Shown one piece after another: positions 49,571 through 59,469 of a stretch of DNA of 64,000 bases. Numbering within the stretch: the first letter of the stretch is position 1; every line of letters begins with the position of its first letter. This stretch comes from Alphaproteobacteria bacterium. GTDB lineage: Bacteria; Pseudomonadota; Alphaproteobacteria; Rickettsiales; UBA998. Under the pieces are notes generated by a model, which did not search any database, was not told the DNA's origin, and worked only from the letters and a program-made list of their open reading frames with translations. The translations under genes and the position numbers were made by a program. The DNA lies in NCBI GenBank assembly GCA_043765375.1, contig JAYUJH010000008.1, positions 12,113 through 76,112 of the forward strand, read 5' to 3'.

Positions 49571-50422
49571 ATGGCGCAAAAATTATATGATAACTTAAAG
49601 ATAAAATCCTTTTGTGCCTTAGAAATTGAGTGGTATTTGTTGCATGAAGTTGCAGAAAACTTTGATTTATCCGCAATCCATGAAAAAATCACCGTATCAA
49701 ATGAATTGCGCCATGAATATATCAATCAATTCAAGCATAATTGCGCTAATATACCTCTACATTCCGCAAGCATAGAAGTGGGTGACGGGCAGGTTGAGGC
49801 AGCATTGCAACCAACTTGTAATATAGCACAATTATTGTATGATGCGGAAAAATTGCAACAAATAGCACGGCAAACCGCACAGAAAATGCAGCTTATCACT
49901 TGTTTTGAGGCTAAACCATTCCCGCAAGCACATGGCAATGGGTTGCATATCCATATCCATTTGGAAGATTTCACGGGGCAGCAATTATTTTGGCTAGAAG
50001 AAGGGGAAATCAGTGAATATCTCGGTTATGCGATTGCAGGATTGCTCACAAATATGCAACTTGATTTACCAATTTTTGCAGGCAGTGAACACGCCATGCA
50101 ACGCTACCAATCGGGTTTTAATGCACCCACAAATATTAGCTGGGGGTTCAATAACCGCACCACAGCGTTGCGATTGCCTGATAATGTTGGGCATGTGACG
50201 GGACTTGAGGCAATTTTACAAATGCGAAGTGAGGCGCATACTCGGCGTTACAAACGAATTGAGCATCGTGTGCCAAGTGCAGAAGCAGATTTGAGTGCGG
50301 TATTAGAGGCGATTTTAACCGCAATTTATGATGGTATCACCAATAAACTCCCTCACCCCGCACCAATTCATGGCAATGCTTATGATGCTGGTTATGAGTT
50401 AATCTCACTGACGGCTACTTGA
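49571..50422 (+). CDS. glutamine synthetase catalytic-domain-like protein lacking the N-terminal beta-grasp domain
   Basis: 283 aa. EVGDGQVE, KPF...HGNGLHIHIHL, NISWGFNNRTTALRLP and RIEHRVPSAEADL follow the order of GS catalytic motifs. Confidence 0.6.
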   Translation: MAQKLYDNLKIKSFCALEIEWYLLHEVAENFDLSAIHEKITVSNELRHEYINQFKHNCANIPLHSASIEVGDGQVEAALQPTCNIAQLLYDAEKLQQIARQTAQKMQLITCFEAKPFPQAHGNGLHIHIHLEDFTGQQLFWLEEGEISEYLGYAIAGLLTNMQLDLPIFAGSEHAMQRYQSGFNAPTNISWGFNNRTTALRLPDNVGHVTGLEAILQMRSEAHTRRYKRIEHRVPSAEADLSAVLEAILTAIYDGITNKLPHPAPIHGNAYDAGYELISLTAT

Positions 50423-50527
50423 CAAAATAAATATCTGAAAAATGGCAAGCTGAAAAAACACAATATAAACATCAACAAAAAATATTAGAAAATGTTTAAT
50501 AAAAAATAACAATAGCCTAAAATCAAT

Positions 50528-51526
50528 TCAAGCAAAATTAATCAATTCCTGCATGATTATAAAATCCTGCGCTCCCGTGCTTTTGCTCAGAACCTCAAGT
50601 GCAACCAACTTATTTTGCAACCGCATCAAATCCGTTGGATTCTTCCAGCGAATCATCGCTTTAGCATAAAGTGGTTGGCTCGCAAATGGAATAAAAGGGC
50701 GATTATATTTCACCAAATCCGATGGCACACCACCACGAGAATATTTTTCCACCAGCCCGCCAAGGGTGGTGAAATGATATTGCAACACCCGCATTGCCGC
50801 CACCATGCTTTCACCTGATTGCATCAACCGTTCTGTCATACGAGTGAATGCTAACTTGTTGCCCGCTAGCAGCTCCAACATCGCTTGATATAACATCAAA
50901 TGCTGATTATCCGCACAACATTTTAGCACAATCTCGGAGGTTAGCACTCTATCATCTCCCATATAAATATTGATTTTCTCAATCTCTGATTTAATAATCG
51001 CCCGATCATTGCCAAGCATGGAGCTAAGAATCATTAGCACATCTTTGTGGAAACTAATATTTCTCTCAATCAGCATCGCATTAATCACCCTGTTTAACGC
51101 ATCGCCCTCCACACGGTAACAAGCGATTCCTGCCATTGACTTGCATTTTTCATCTTCAAATAATGCTTTGAGCGAAGATTTGCTATCCAATTCTCCCGCC
51201 ATCACAATCAAATAATTCAATTCATAATTAGCGTTATAAATATTTTTCAAAATCTCAGTTAAATAATTTCCTGCATCACGCACCACCACGCAAGGAGGGT
51301 CACCCATCAAACTCATTGCACTGAGTGCATCATGCAATATTGCTGGTTCAGATAAAATATCTGGCAAATCAAGCTTGGTTAGTGCAAAATCATCGCTTTC
51401 ATCAATTTTCAAACTTTTCAATAATGTCTGATATTGTAGCTTAACCAACCCATAATCCGCCCCATAAATTAAAAATGCTCGGCATGATGCTGGGATTTTA
51501 GCAAAATCATCTGGTTTTAGCTTCAT
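50528..51526 (-). CDS. holA: DNA polymerase III delta subunit
   Basis: 332 aa. RAFLIYGADYGLV N-terminus. Conserved leuS-lptE-holA gene order. Confidence 0.75.
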   Translation of the reverse strand: MKLKPDDFAKIPASCRAFLIYGADYGLVKLQYQTLLKSLKIDESDDFALTKLDLPDILSEPAILHDALSAMSLMGDPPCVVVRDAGNYLTEILKNIYNANYELNYLIVMAGELDSKSSLKALFEDEKCKSMAGIACYRVEGDALNRVINAMLIERNISFHKDVLMILSSMLGNDRAIIKSEIEKINIYMGDDRVLTSEIVLKCCADNQHLMLYQAMLELLAGNKLAFTRMTERLMQSGESMVAAMRVLQYHFTTLGGLVEKYSRGGVPSDLVKYNRPFIPFASQPLYAKAMIRWKNPTDLMRLQNKLVALEVLSKSTGAQDFIIMQELINFA

Positions 51527-51540
51527 TTATCCTGCCCCCC

Positions 51541-52104
51541 TCATTTAGATTGTCCTTTCATTCCATTCGTTCCCACTTTTGCTTCCGTTTTCACATTCTC
51601 AATTTTATTAAAATAATCAATCAGGCGCAAACGCAACTCCTCTGCCACCGCTTCAATCACCTGCTTTTTAGCATCTTTTCCCGCAACATAAGTGGAATAA
51701 TCCGCATTAGCGATGCTATAACTACTAAATCGCTCAAATGCACCTTGATTTTGCACCACTCCGTTTGCATCTAACAACTGATAATTTGCATTGCCAATCA
51801 CACGGTAACGCTGAGTTGTTCCATTTGATTCAATACTAAGCGGCAACACACTTAAACCTAAATTAGGAATAAGCACATATTTCGGTTGCGTCCCTTGTTG
51901 CGTATTTCCCTCTCCATGCAAATCAGCCCCACCACCAGCATAAATGGAATCCTCCAATGATGCTTTCAGCGTTTGCGCCTCACGGTTATCAGGGGCAGAT
52001 ATGCTAATATTTTGCAATTGAGTGCGCAACTGCCCCTGCTGATAGACGGGGGTGAACCCACATGCACCAACCATAAGCAATAGAATAATTAAAACCGCTT
52101 TCAT
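51541..52104 (-). CDS. lptE: LPS-assembly lipoprotein LptE
   Basis: 187 aa. Lipobox LLMVGAC-G. Position between leuS and holA, with a start overlapping the leuS stop (ATGA-type junction at 52101-52104). Confidence 0.7.
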   Translation of the reverse strand: MKAVLIILLLMVGACGFTPVYQQGQLRTQLQNISISAPDNREAQTLKASLEDSIYAGGGADLHGEGNTQQGTQPKYVLIPNLGLSVLPLSIESNGTTQRYRVIGNANYQLLDANGVVQNQGAFERFSSYSIANADYSTYVAGKDAKKQVIEAVAEELRLRLIDYFNKIENVKTEAKVGTNGMKGQSK

Positions 52105-55100
52105 GCTGCAACCACATTAACAATTTTTCCCTGCACACAAATAACTTTACGCACATTCAAGCCCTGCAAATGCTTCTGCACAGCGGGGAGTGCAAGCGCA
52201 CGGGATTCCAGCTCAGCGTTGGAGGTATCTTTTTTCACCTGCAAAGTTTCCCGTAATTTACCATTAATTTGCACCCCAATAGTGATTTCATCATCTGCTA
52301 GCACCGCCATATCAGCCACAGGAAATGCTTGCTGCACAACCAAACCCGCCTCACCAATCGCCACCCACATGCTTTCAGCCAAATGCGGCATGAAAGGGGC
52401 AATCAACAAAATCAAGTTCTTCAAGCCATGATGATATAAAACGGCTGCAACAGCATCGTTCAAATCTAGCTCATCAAGCGCATTGCTGCACTCACGAATG
52501 CTTGCTACCGCTTTGTTGAATTGAAACTGCTCAATCGCTTCACGCACTGCAATAATAGTTTTCTGCAACTGACGATAAACTGGCATTTGGCTTGAGGTAA
52601 GTTCGTTATAATCAGTGAAGATAACTCTCTTCTCCCCCTTCATTGCTACCGTTTCCATTGTTGCTGCCTCCTCCATTATTGGATTAGCTAGATTAGGGGC
52701 GACAAACTCCGCCCCCTCCACCCTTGCGGGGGAGGGCTGGGGTGGGGGGTTAAAGTTTAGTGGGGAGGAGTTTAATTGCGGGAGTTCTTCTCCCCTCTCA
52801 CTTTGGGAGAGGGGTTGGGGGTGAGGGGAAGCCCTCTCCTGCTTGAGGGAGAGGGTTGGGTGAGGGCAATGTTGCGCCACACGCCCCCCATCTTGCGCCA
52901 TGCGCCATAGGCGGTTCACATAACGCCATGCGCCTTCAATTCCTGCTTCCGTCCATTCCAAATCACGCTCGGGTGGTGAATCTGACATCATGAAAAGCCT
53001 GGCCGTATCCGCTCCAAACTTGGCAATAATCCCCCGCGGGTCAACGGTATTATTCTTGGATTTGCTCATTTTTTGCGTGCGCATAACGCTGACTTTTTCA
53101 CCCGACAAACTTACCCACTCACCATCTTCACCTCGCTTCACTTCTTCAGGGTAAAGCCATTTGCCGCTTAAATCTTGGTAAGTTTCATGTGTTACCATTC
53201 CTTGAGTGCGCAAGTTTTTGAATGGCTCTTGCACATCAACATAGCCAAGTTTTGCCAATGCACGAGTGAAAAACCTTGCATAAAGCAAATGCAAAACCGC
53301 ATGTTCAATTCCACCAATATAGCAATCAACGGGTAATAGTGCATTTGCCGCCTTCGCATCAATTCCACCTGCAAAATGCGGCGAACAAAATCTTGCAAAA
53401 TACCATGATGATTCAAAAAATGTATCAAATGTATCAGTCTCTCGCACCGCAGGTTTGCCACATTGCGGGCAATCAACATGTTTCCATGTTGCATGGTTAG
53501 CAAGTGGGTTGCCAACACCGTCAAAGCTCACTCCATCTTTGGGCAACTCAACTGGCAGTTGATCCTCTGGCACTGGCACAGCTCCGCAATCATCACAATG
53601 AATAATCGGAATTGGACAACCCCAATAACGCTGACGTGAAACTCCCCAATCACGCAGACGATAATTCACTTGACGAGTTCCCGCTTGCATTTCCTCTAAT
53701 TTTTTGATGGCTGCTTCTTTAGCATCTGCCACATTCAAACCATTTAAGAACTCAGAATTAATTAGCACTCCGTCACCCGTGAATGCTTCATGTGCAATAT
53801 CCACTCCCTCGCCTGCAACCCCCTCACTTTCAACCACGCGCTTAATCGGCAATCCATATTTGCTTGCGAACTCATAATCACGCACATCATGCGCAGGGCA
53901 ACCAAATACTGCCCCCGTGCCATATTCCATCAACACAAAATTAGCAATATATATCGGGTGCAACTCGCCATTAAATGGGTTTTGCACCTTAAGCCCCGTA
54001 TCAACCCCTAGTTTTTCGGCTTTTTCAATCGCCTCCTCACTAGTGCCAGACTTTGCACAATCCGCAATGAAATCCGCAATGGTAAAGTCACCCGCTGCCA
54101 ATTTTTCAGCGGATATTTTCTCAGCTAACGGGTGCGAAGATGCAATTGCCAGAAAACTCATGCCAAATAATGTGTCAGGACGTGTGGTATATGCTTTGAT
54201 AAAATTAGGGGGTAGGGTTGAGGGGGTAGGGTTTATTTGGCTTTCATCAACAGCGAACCCTAATTCATTCAGCCCCCACCCTAACCCTCCCCCATAAGGG
54301 GGGAGGGAACTTACATCTCGCTCAAATGCTAGATTTTGTTCTCCAACATAAGAGCCCTCGCCCAACCCTCTCCCCTTGGGAGAGGGGTCTTCCACCGCAC
54401 TCATTGCTACTCCCTCTCCCATTGGGAGAGGGTTGGGGTGAGGGTTAGATAAATGTGATTTGTGGGGATATTCCCCTCTCCCATCGGGAGAGGGGTTAGG
54501 GGTGAGGGCAGAAAGGTGAGTGGTGAGGGTTTCACCATTAATCTCAAACTCAATCACCGCACCGCTAGATTTACCAATCCAATTTTGTTGCATCAAGCGC
54601 ACTTTTTCTGGCCAACCATCAAGCTGTTGCAAGCCATCAAGCAAATCACCCGCAAAATCAGTGATACGCAAAAACCACTGGCTCAACCGCTTGCGTTCCA
54701 CCACCGCACCAGACCGCCACCCTTTGCCATCAATCACCTGCTCATTAGCAAGCACCGTATTATCCACAGGATCCCAATTCACCACACCTTCTTTGCGGTA
54801 AGCAATCCCCGCCTTCAACATGCTCAAAAAGAACCGTTGCTCATGTTGATAATATTCTGGGTCACATGTTGCAATTTCCCTGCTCCAATCATAAGAAAAG
54901 CCTATCATCTTCAACTGCTCACGCATTGATGCAATGTTGGAATATGTCCAATCAGCAGGGTGAATGCCTCTCGCTATTGCTGCATTTTCCGCTGGCAACC
55001 CAAATGCGTCCCACCCCATAGGATATAACACATTAAACCCGCAAGCTCGCTTGAACCTTGCAGTCACATCACCAAGAGTATAATTCCTAACATGCCCCAT

Positions 55101-55343
55101 ATGAATATTTCCCGATGGATACGGAAACATTTCAAGCACATAATATTTTTCCTTTGATGATTTCTCATCAGAATGTTTGTTGTTTGATGAACAATCATCA
55201 GAATGTTTGTTGTTTGATGAACAATCATCAAATGCAAAACACCCTTCAGCCTCCCACTTTGCTTGCCAATAAGCCTCAGATATAGAGGGTTCATATTGCG
55301 TTGTTGTGATAAAGTCTGAATTATTTTCTATTTTGTTTTCCAT
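52101..55343 (-). CDS. leuS: leucyl-tRNA synthetase, enlarged (1080 aa) by in-frame repeat insertions
   Basis: HMGHVRNY (HIGH), [10 protein letters not shown] (editing domain), KMSKS and C-terminal VQINGKLR. Two repeat-derived inserts and an N-terminal 30-nt duplication are present. Confidence 0.95.
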   Translation of the reverse strand: MENKIENNSDFITTTQYEPSISEAYWQAKWEAEGCFAFDDCSSNNKHSDDCSSNNKHSDEKSSKEKYYVLEMFPYPSGNIHMGHVRNYTLGDVTARFKRACGFNVLYPMGWDAFGLPAENAAIARGIHPADWTYSNIASMREQLKMIGFSYDWSREIATCDPEYYQHEQRFFLSMLKAGIAYRKEGVVNWDPVDNTVLANEQVIDGKGWRSGAVVERKRLSQWFLRITDFAGDLLDGLQQLDGWPEKVRLMQQNWIGKSSGAVIEFEINGETLTTHLSALTPNPSPDGRGEYPHKSHLSNPHPNPLPMGEGVAMSAVEDPSPKGRGLGEGSYVGEQNLAFERDVSSLPPYGGGLGWGLNELGFAVDESQINPTPSTLPPNFIKAYTTRPDTLFGMSFLAIASSHPLAEKISAEKLAAGDFTIADFIADCAKSGTSEEAIEKAEKLGVDTGLKVQNPFNGELHPIYIANFVLMEYGTGAVFGCPAHDVRDYEFASKYGLPIKRVVESEGVAGEGVDIAHEAFTGDGVLINSEFLNGLNVADAKEAAIKKLEEMQAGTRQVNYRLRDWGVSRQRYWGCPIPIIHCDDCGAVPVPEDQLPVELPKDGVSFDGVGNPLANHATWKHVDCPQCGKPAVRETDTFDTFFESSWYFARFCSPHFAGGIDAKAANALLPVDCYIGGIEHAVLHLLYARFFTRALAKLGYVDVQEPFKNLRTQGMVTHETYQDLSGKWLYPEEVKRGEDGEWVSLSGEKVSVMRTQKMSKSKNNTVDPRGIIAKFGADTARLFMMSDSPPERDLEWTEAGIEGAWRYVNRLWRMAQDGGRVAQHCPHPTLSLKQERASPHPQPLSQSERGEELPQLNSSPLNFNPPPQPSPARVEGAEFVAPNLANPIMEEAATMETVAMKGEKRVIFTDYNELTSSQMPVYRQLQKTIIAVREAIEQFQFNKAVASIRECSNALDELDLNDAVAAVLYHHGLKNLILLIAPFMPHLAESMWVAIGEAGLVVQQAFPVADMAVLADDEITIGVQINGKLRETLQVKKDTSNAELESRALALPAVQKHLQGLNVRKVICVQGKIVNVVAA
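52712..52866 (+). repeat. cluster of 3 GC-rich palindromic REP units inside leuS (C-terminal-domain insert)
   Basis: Units at 52712-52749, 52789-52828 and 52831-52866, of the form (C)CCTCTC(C/A)C-N4-GGGAGAGGG(G)TTGGG(G)GTGAGGG(G). Confidence 0.85.
54206..54529 (+). repeat. cluster of about 5 GC-rich palindromic REP units inside leuS (editing-domain insert)
   Basis: Units or half-units at 54206-54233, 54273-54307, 54355-54387, 54411-54447 and 54471-54508, e.g. CTCCCTCTCCCATTGGGAGAGGGTTGGGGTGAGGG. Confidence 0.85.
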
Positions 55344-55446
55344 AATTGTTACATATAATCATTTTTAACTTGATGCAAAATAATTTTTTGCTTATTAACT
55401 AATATAAAATAAATTATGTAATTAAAAAGTAAGAGTTCTTAAAGAT

Positions 55447-56214
55447 ATGACAACCACCCAAACAACACAACAAATTGGTGCGAGTATTGATCCAGTCGCA
55501 GCGGCAGAACTTGCGGGCAAAATGGTTCATGATATGTCCGTTTGGGGTATGTTTATGCAAGCAGATTTCGTGGTGAAAGCTGTGATGATTATGTTGTTGC
55601 TCGCCTCATTTTGGTGCTGGGCAATTATCTTTGAGAAAATATCCAAGTTCGGCACATTAAAAGCCAAAGCAGCCAATTTTGAAAGTGAGTTCTGGGCAGC
55701 CGAAACATTGGAAACTTTCTATGAAAAAGCCAAACGCAAATCAAAGCACCCATTCGTTGCCACTTTCATTGCCGCAATGGACGAATGGTTTCGCACTAAC
55801 AAACAAGTTCGTAGCCGCACCAACGCAGCCCTAATGCCAAGCAGCATTGACCGCATTGCCAAAATTATGAGCGTCACTCGCAACCGTGAACTCGCCAAAC
55901 TTGAGCGTGGACTTGGCTTTTTGGCAACAGTTGGCTCTGCTGCACCTTTTATTGGGCTTTTTGGCACAGTATGGGGCATCATGAACAGCTTTCAATCTAT
56001 CGCATTTTCCAACAATACCTCACTCGCCGTTGTCGCTCCCGGGATCGCCGAAGCATTGCTTGCCACTGCCATAGGGTTATTTGCAGCCATTCCAGCCGTA
56101 ATCGCTTATAACCGTTTTTCAGGGGACTTAAACAAATATGCGGGGCATTTGGAAGATTTTGAAGTTGAGTTCTTGGCATTAATCTCACGTCAAGCTGATG
56201 AAGCGAGGGCATAA
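55447..56214 (+). CDS. tolQ: Tol-Pal system protein TolQ
   Basis: 255 aa in the MotA/TolQ/ExbB family. LATVGSAAPFIGLFGTVWGIMNSF and the downstream TMs. Followed by tolR. Confidence 0.9.
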   Translation: MTTTQTTQQIGASIDPVAAAELAGKMVHDMSVWGMFMQADFVVKAVMIMLLLASFWCWAIIFEKISKFGTLKAKAANFESEFWAAETLETFYEKAKRKSKHPFVATFIAAMDEWFRTNKQVRSRTNAALMPSSIDRIAKIMSVTRNRELAKLERGLGFLATVGSAAPFIGLFGTVWGIMNSFQSIAFSNNTSLAVVAPGIAEALLATAIGLFAAIPAVIAYNRFSGDLNKYAGHLEDFEVEFLALISRQADEARA

Positions 56215-56648
56215 TGGGAGCGCAACTTGGAGGCGGAAATAACAGGCGGGGCAGACGTGGTAATCAAGGTTTCACCGAAATAAACGTCACGCCATTTGTT
56301 GATGTAATGTTGGTGTTGCTGGTGATATTCATGGTAACCGCCCCGATGCTTACCGCAGGGGTTGAGGTGGAACTGCCCGATTCCAAAGCTGGATCTGTGC
56401 AAGGCAAAGATGAGCCACTGACTGTGACAATTAAAGCAGATGGTATTATTTTTGTGCAAGAAACTAAGATTTTAGCCGATAGTTTAATCCCCAAACTCAA
56501 AGCCATTTCAGGAGAAAAGTTGGATACACGCATTTTTGTGCGTGGCGATTCCAATGTAGATTATGGGCAGGTGATGAAAGTCGTTGGTGATATATCCTAT
56601 GCAGGGTTCAAAAAAGTTGCGTTAATCACGGAAAATAAGGGACGTTAA
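56214..56648 (+). CDS. tolR: Tol-Pal system protein TolR (ExbD family)
   Basis: 144 aa. EINVTPFVDVMLVLLVIFMVTAP. TAATG overlap with tolQ. Confidence 0.85.
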   Translation: MGAQLGGGNNRRGRRGNQGFTEINVTPFVDVMLVLLVIFMVTAPMLTAGVEVELPDSKAGSVQGKDEPLTVTIKADGIIFVQETKILADSLIPKLKAISGEKLDTRIFVRGDSNVDYGQVMKVVGDISYAGFKKVALITENKGR

Positions 56649-56651
56649 AAC

Positions 56652-57569
56652 GTGAATAATTCGCATGATTTGTCACGAGACTCTGATTTGTCCCGAGGAA
56701 TGTTGCTCTCAATAGGTATTCATTTTACCCTATTTGTGATTGCTTTCATTGGCTTGCCAGATTGGTTCAACAAAAAGATTGAACCACAACCAATGGTGAT
56801 TTCACTGGAGCAATTGCCAATAACCGACCGCACCAATGTTCGCCCCTCTAAGCAACCAATTGTGAAGCAAGCGCAACCACCAGCCCCCGCCAAAGCACCG
56901 CCTCAACCGCTAACCTCCAAGCCAAAACCTCCGCCACCGCCTGAAGTTAAGCCAGATCCACCAAAGGAAACACCGAAAGAAAAGCCTAAGCCAGAGCCAA
57001 TCCCTGAGAAAAAAGCGGATAAAAAACCACCTCCGCCACCAAAGGAGCAGCCAAAACCAACTCCTCCCGCCAAAAAGCCCACTCCAACTGAAGCCAAGCC
57101 CGACAAAGCAGCAGATGAAGCGATGGAAGACCAAGCATTAAAAGATTTAATTGATAAAGCAGTTAGCAATGATTCCAAAGAGAAACCAGTTGCCAAACCC
57201 GCCCCTGCACAAAATCTCACCAAATCTGATGCACCTTACGACCCTAGCCTTCCTCTTTCAATCAGTGAGCGTGATGCTATAACCAGCCAATTTGTGCAAT
57301 GTTGGCGGTTGCCTGCGGGTTCTGCCAAAGATTATTCCCTCAAAGTCAGTGTGGACGTATGGTTGCGCCCCGATGGAAGCGTGATTAAGGCGCATTTAAC
57401 TTCCGATCAACGGGGGAAATATAACGCTGATGGAGTGTTTCGTGCCGCCGCCGATGGTGCGTTGCGTGCCGTTCATATGTGCAGCCCGCTGAAAAACCTC
57501 CCTACCAATAAATATGACACATGGAAGGAAATGCGCCTCAATTTTGACCCATCAATGCAGTTATATTGA
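56652..57569 (+). CDS. tolA: TolA-like protein (Pro/Lys/Glu-rich linker, TonB/TolA C-terminal domain)
   Basis: N-terminal TM, a long PKPEPxPPP linker and a C-terminal domain (FVQCWRLPAG...). Position after tolQR. GTG start. Confidence 0.7.
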   Translation: MNNSHDLSRDSDLSRGMLLSIGIHFTLFVIAFIGLPDWFNKKIEPQPMVISLEQLPITDRTNVRPSKQPIVKQAQPPAPAKAPPQPLTSKPKPPPPPEVKPDPPKETPKEKPKPEPIPEKKADKKPPPPPKEQPKPTPPAKKPTPTEAKPDKAADEAMEDQALKDLIDKAVSNDSKEKPVAKPAPAQNLTKSDAPYDPSLPLSISERDAITSQFVQCWRLPAGSAKDYSLKVSVDVWLRPDGSVIKAHLTSDQRGKYNADGVFRAAADGALRAVHMCSPLKNLPTNKYDTWKEMRLNFDPSMQLY

Positions 57570-57570
57570 G

Positions 57571-58359
57571 ATGGATAGCATTCAAATAACCCAAGGTAAT
57601 TGCATCAAAATAATGCAAGAATTAATTGTTCAAAATACAACCGCCCAAAACACAATTGGTTGTGCAGATATGATTTTTGCTGACCCACCATATTTTCTTT
57701 CAAACGGAGGGATTTCATGCAAAAGTGGTAAGCAAGTAAGCGTTGATAAAGGCTCATGGGATAAGTCACTGGGAGCTGAACAAAACCATGAGTTTAACTT
57801 AGAATGGCTTTCTTTATGCCAACAATTATTAAAACCAAATGGAACAATTTGGGTTTCTGGCACTTCACATGTGATTTTTTCAATAGGTTATGCAATGCAA
57901 CAATTAGGCTTTAAGTTGCTAAATGATATTATATGGGAGAAGCCAAACCCACCTCCCAATCTCGCTTGTCGCAACTTCACGCACGCAACTGAAACTGTGT
58001 TATGGGCAGCAAAAAATGCAAAATCCAAACATTATTTTAATTATAGTTTAATGAAAAAATATAATGCCGATAAACAGATGAAATCCGTTTGGAGATTTAC
58101 TGCTCCCAAGCCATCAGAGAAAATATTTGGCAAGCACCCAACCCAAAAACCATTAGAGCTGCTAAGGCGTTGCATTGAGGCATCAACTAATGAGGGAGAT
58201 TTAATATTTGATCCGTTTATGGGAAGCGGAACAACAGGAGTTGCAGCCATTGAGTTGCAGCGTAAGTTTCATGGAACAGAACTAGAAATAGAGTTTATTA
58301 ATTTAGCAAAATTGCGCATAAATGATGCTTTTGAAAGAAAAAAAGGAATGATGCTGTGA
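57571..58359 (+). CDS. beta-class N6-adenine DNA methyltransferase (DpnA/M.MboI-B-like; CcrM/HinfI superfamily)
   Basis: Motif IV MIFADPPYFLSNGG precedes motif I FDPFMGSGTTGVAA (beta permutation). GTIWVSG, NDIIWEKPNPPPN, FTHATETVLWAAK and GKHPTQKP are present. Start set at ATG 57571, 1 nt after the tolA stop. Confidence 0.88.
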   Translation: MDSIQITQGNCIKIMQELIVQNTTAQNTIGCADMIFADPPYFLSNGGISCKSGKQVSVDKGSWDKSLGAEQNHEFNLEWLSLCQQLLKPNGTIWVSGTSHVIFSIGYAMQQLGFKLLNDIIWEKPNPPPNLACRNFTHATETVLWAAKNAKSKHYFNYSLMKKYNADKQMKSVWRFTAPKPSEKIFGKHPTQKPLELLRRCIEASTNEGDLIFDPFMGSGTTGVAAIELQRKFHGTELEIEFINLAKLRINDAFERKKGMML

Positions 58360-58790
58360 AAAAAGGAGGGGTTGGCGGTGCAAATACTAAAACAGGATTG
58401 GATTATGAAGAAAAAGTTTGTTTTCGCAAATTGTTATTATCCAGCCATGGTTATGAAATAAAACAAAATGAACAAGCTGGTGAAAGCGTATTCTATAATG
58501 ATAAATTAGTTGCTAGGTTGTTTTTAGAAAACAAAACATTATTTATTATTGAAATTAAGTTTCAAAATGGCACTGGTTCAACCGACGAAAAATTGCAAAC
58601 TTGTGATTTTAAGCGTAAGCAATATGTTAAATTAGTGCATCAAATCGGCTTGAAAGTTGAATATGTTTATGTGTTGAATGATTGGTTTAAGCAACTAAAA
58701 TATAAAGATGTGCTAGATTATATTCATCAAGTAGGTTGTCATTATAAGTTTAATGAATTACCACTAGCATGGCTAGGGTTACCTGAATAA
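58356..58790 (+). CDS. short PD-(D/E)xK-like ORF: candidate cognate restriction endonuclease, or a remnant of one
   Basis: 144 aa. The GTG start overlaps the methylase stop (GTGA). D48...E65-I-K67 in LFIIEIKFQNGTGSTDEKLQ resembles nuclease E-x-K cores; from memory it is reminiscent of the C-terminal core of DpnII/MboI-type enzymes. It is about half the size of those enzymes. Confidence 0.4.
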   Translation: MKKGGVGGANTKTGLDYEEKVCFRKLLLSSHGYEIKQNEQAGESVFYNDKLVARLFLENKTLFIIEIKFQNGTGSTDEKLQTCDFKRKQYVKLVHQIGLKVEYVYVLNDWFKQLKYKDVLDYIHQVGCHYKFNELPLAWLGLPE

Positions 58791-58817
58791 TGTTCATTAA
58801 CTTCAAGGAGAAACAAA

Positions 58818-59381
58818 ATGGGAATATTACCAGATAAATGGATTAGGGAACAAGCGCAGCAACATGGCATGATTGAGCCATTTGTGGAGAAATTGCAACG
58901 TGAAAATGTCATTTCATACGGGCTTTCATCTTATGGTTATGATGCACGGGTTGCGGACGAGTTCAAGATATTCACCAATGTGGATTCCGCTATAGTTGAC
59001 CCGAAAAACTTCTCTGATGAAGGATTTGTTGACCGCAAAACTCCCATATGCACCATTCCCCCCAACAGCTTTGCGCTTGCCCGCACCGTGGAATATTTTC
59101 GCATTCCCCGTGATGTGCTGGTGATTTGTGTGGGTAAATCCACCTATGCAAGGTGCGGAATAATCGTTAATGTTACCCCACTTGAACCCGAATGGGAGGG
59201 GCATGTGACATTAGAGTTTTCCAACACAACTCCCTTGCCTGCCCGTATTTATGCAAATGAAGGGGCGTGTCAATTTTTGTTCCTAAAGGCACATGAGGAG
59301 TGCGAGGTTTCATATGGCGAACGAGCAGGAAAATACCAAGGGCAGCGGGGCGTTACGTTACCACGAATTGAAGGGAAATGA
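58818..59381 (+). CDS. dcd: dCTP deaminase
   Basis: [24 protein letters not shown], and [32 protein letters not shown]. Confidence 0.93.
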   Translation: MGILPDKWIREQAQQHGMIEPFVEKLQRENVISYGLSSYGYDARVADEFKIFTNVDSAIVDPKNFSDEGFVDRKTPICTIPPNSFALARTVEYFRIPRDVLVICVGKSTYARCGIIVNVTPLEPEWEGHVTLEFSNTTPLPARIYANEGACQFLFLKAHEECEVSYGERAGKYQGQRGVTLPRIEGK

Positions 59382-59469
59382 CCTTGCACTAATCGTATAT
59401 ATTCATTATATAATTGTAATAAATTGATTATATTTATGTTATAATTCAGTGAATAAAGAGGTTTTGGCT

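Noticed and set aside
52615-54929. Plus-strand ORFs within leuS (52615..52824, 53917..54297, 54462..54929, 54520..54801)
   Set aside because: They are generated by the GC-rich REP clusters read on the opposite strand (WERGWG and GRGVRGEG peptides). The leuS frame is continuous and carries all class-I synthetase motifs.
52101-55343. Possibility that leuS is a pseudogene or carries inteins
   Set aside because: The ORF is uninterrupted over 3243 nt with HIGH, KMSKS and editing-domain motifs intact. The inserts have no intein blocks (no Cys/Ser...HN boundaries) and are plainly REP DNA.
56903-57223. Minus-strand ORFs inside tolA (Gly/Phe/Ser-rich and Trp/Arg/Phe-rich)
   Set aside because: They are antisense to the Pro/Lys-rich linker (CCN/AAR codons). 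Their composition is an artefact of that.
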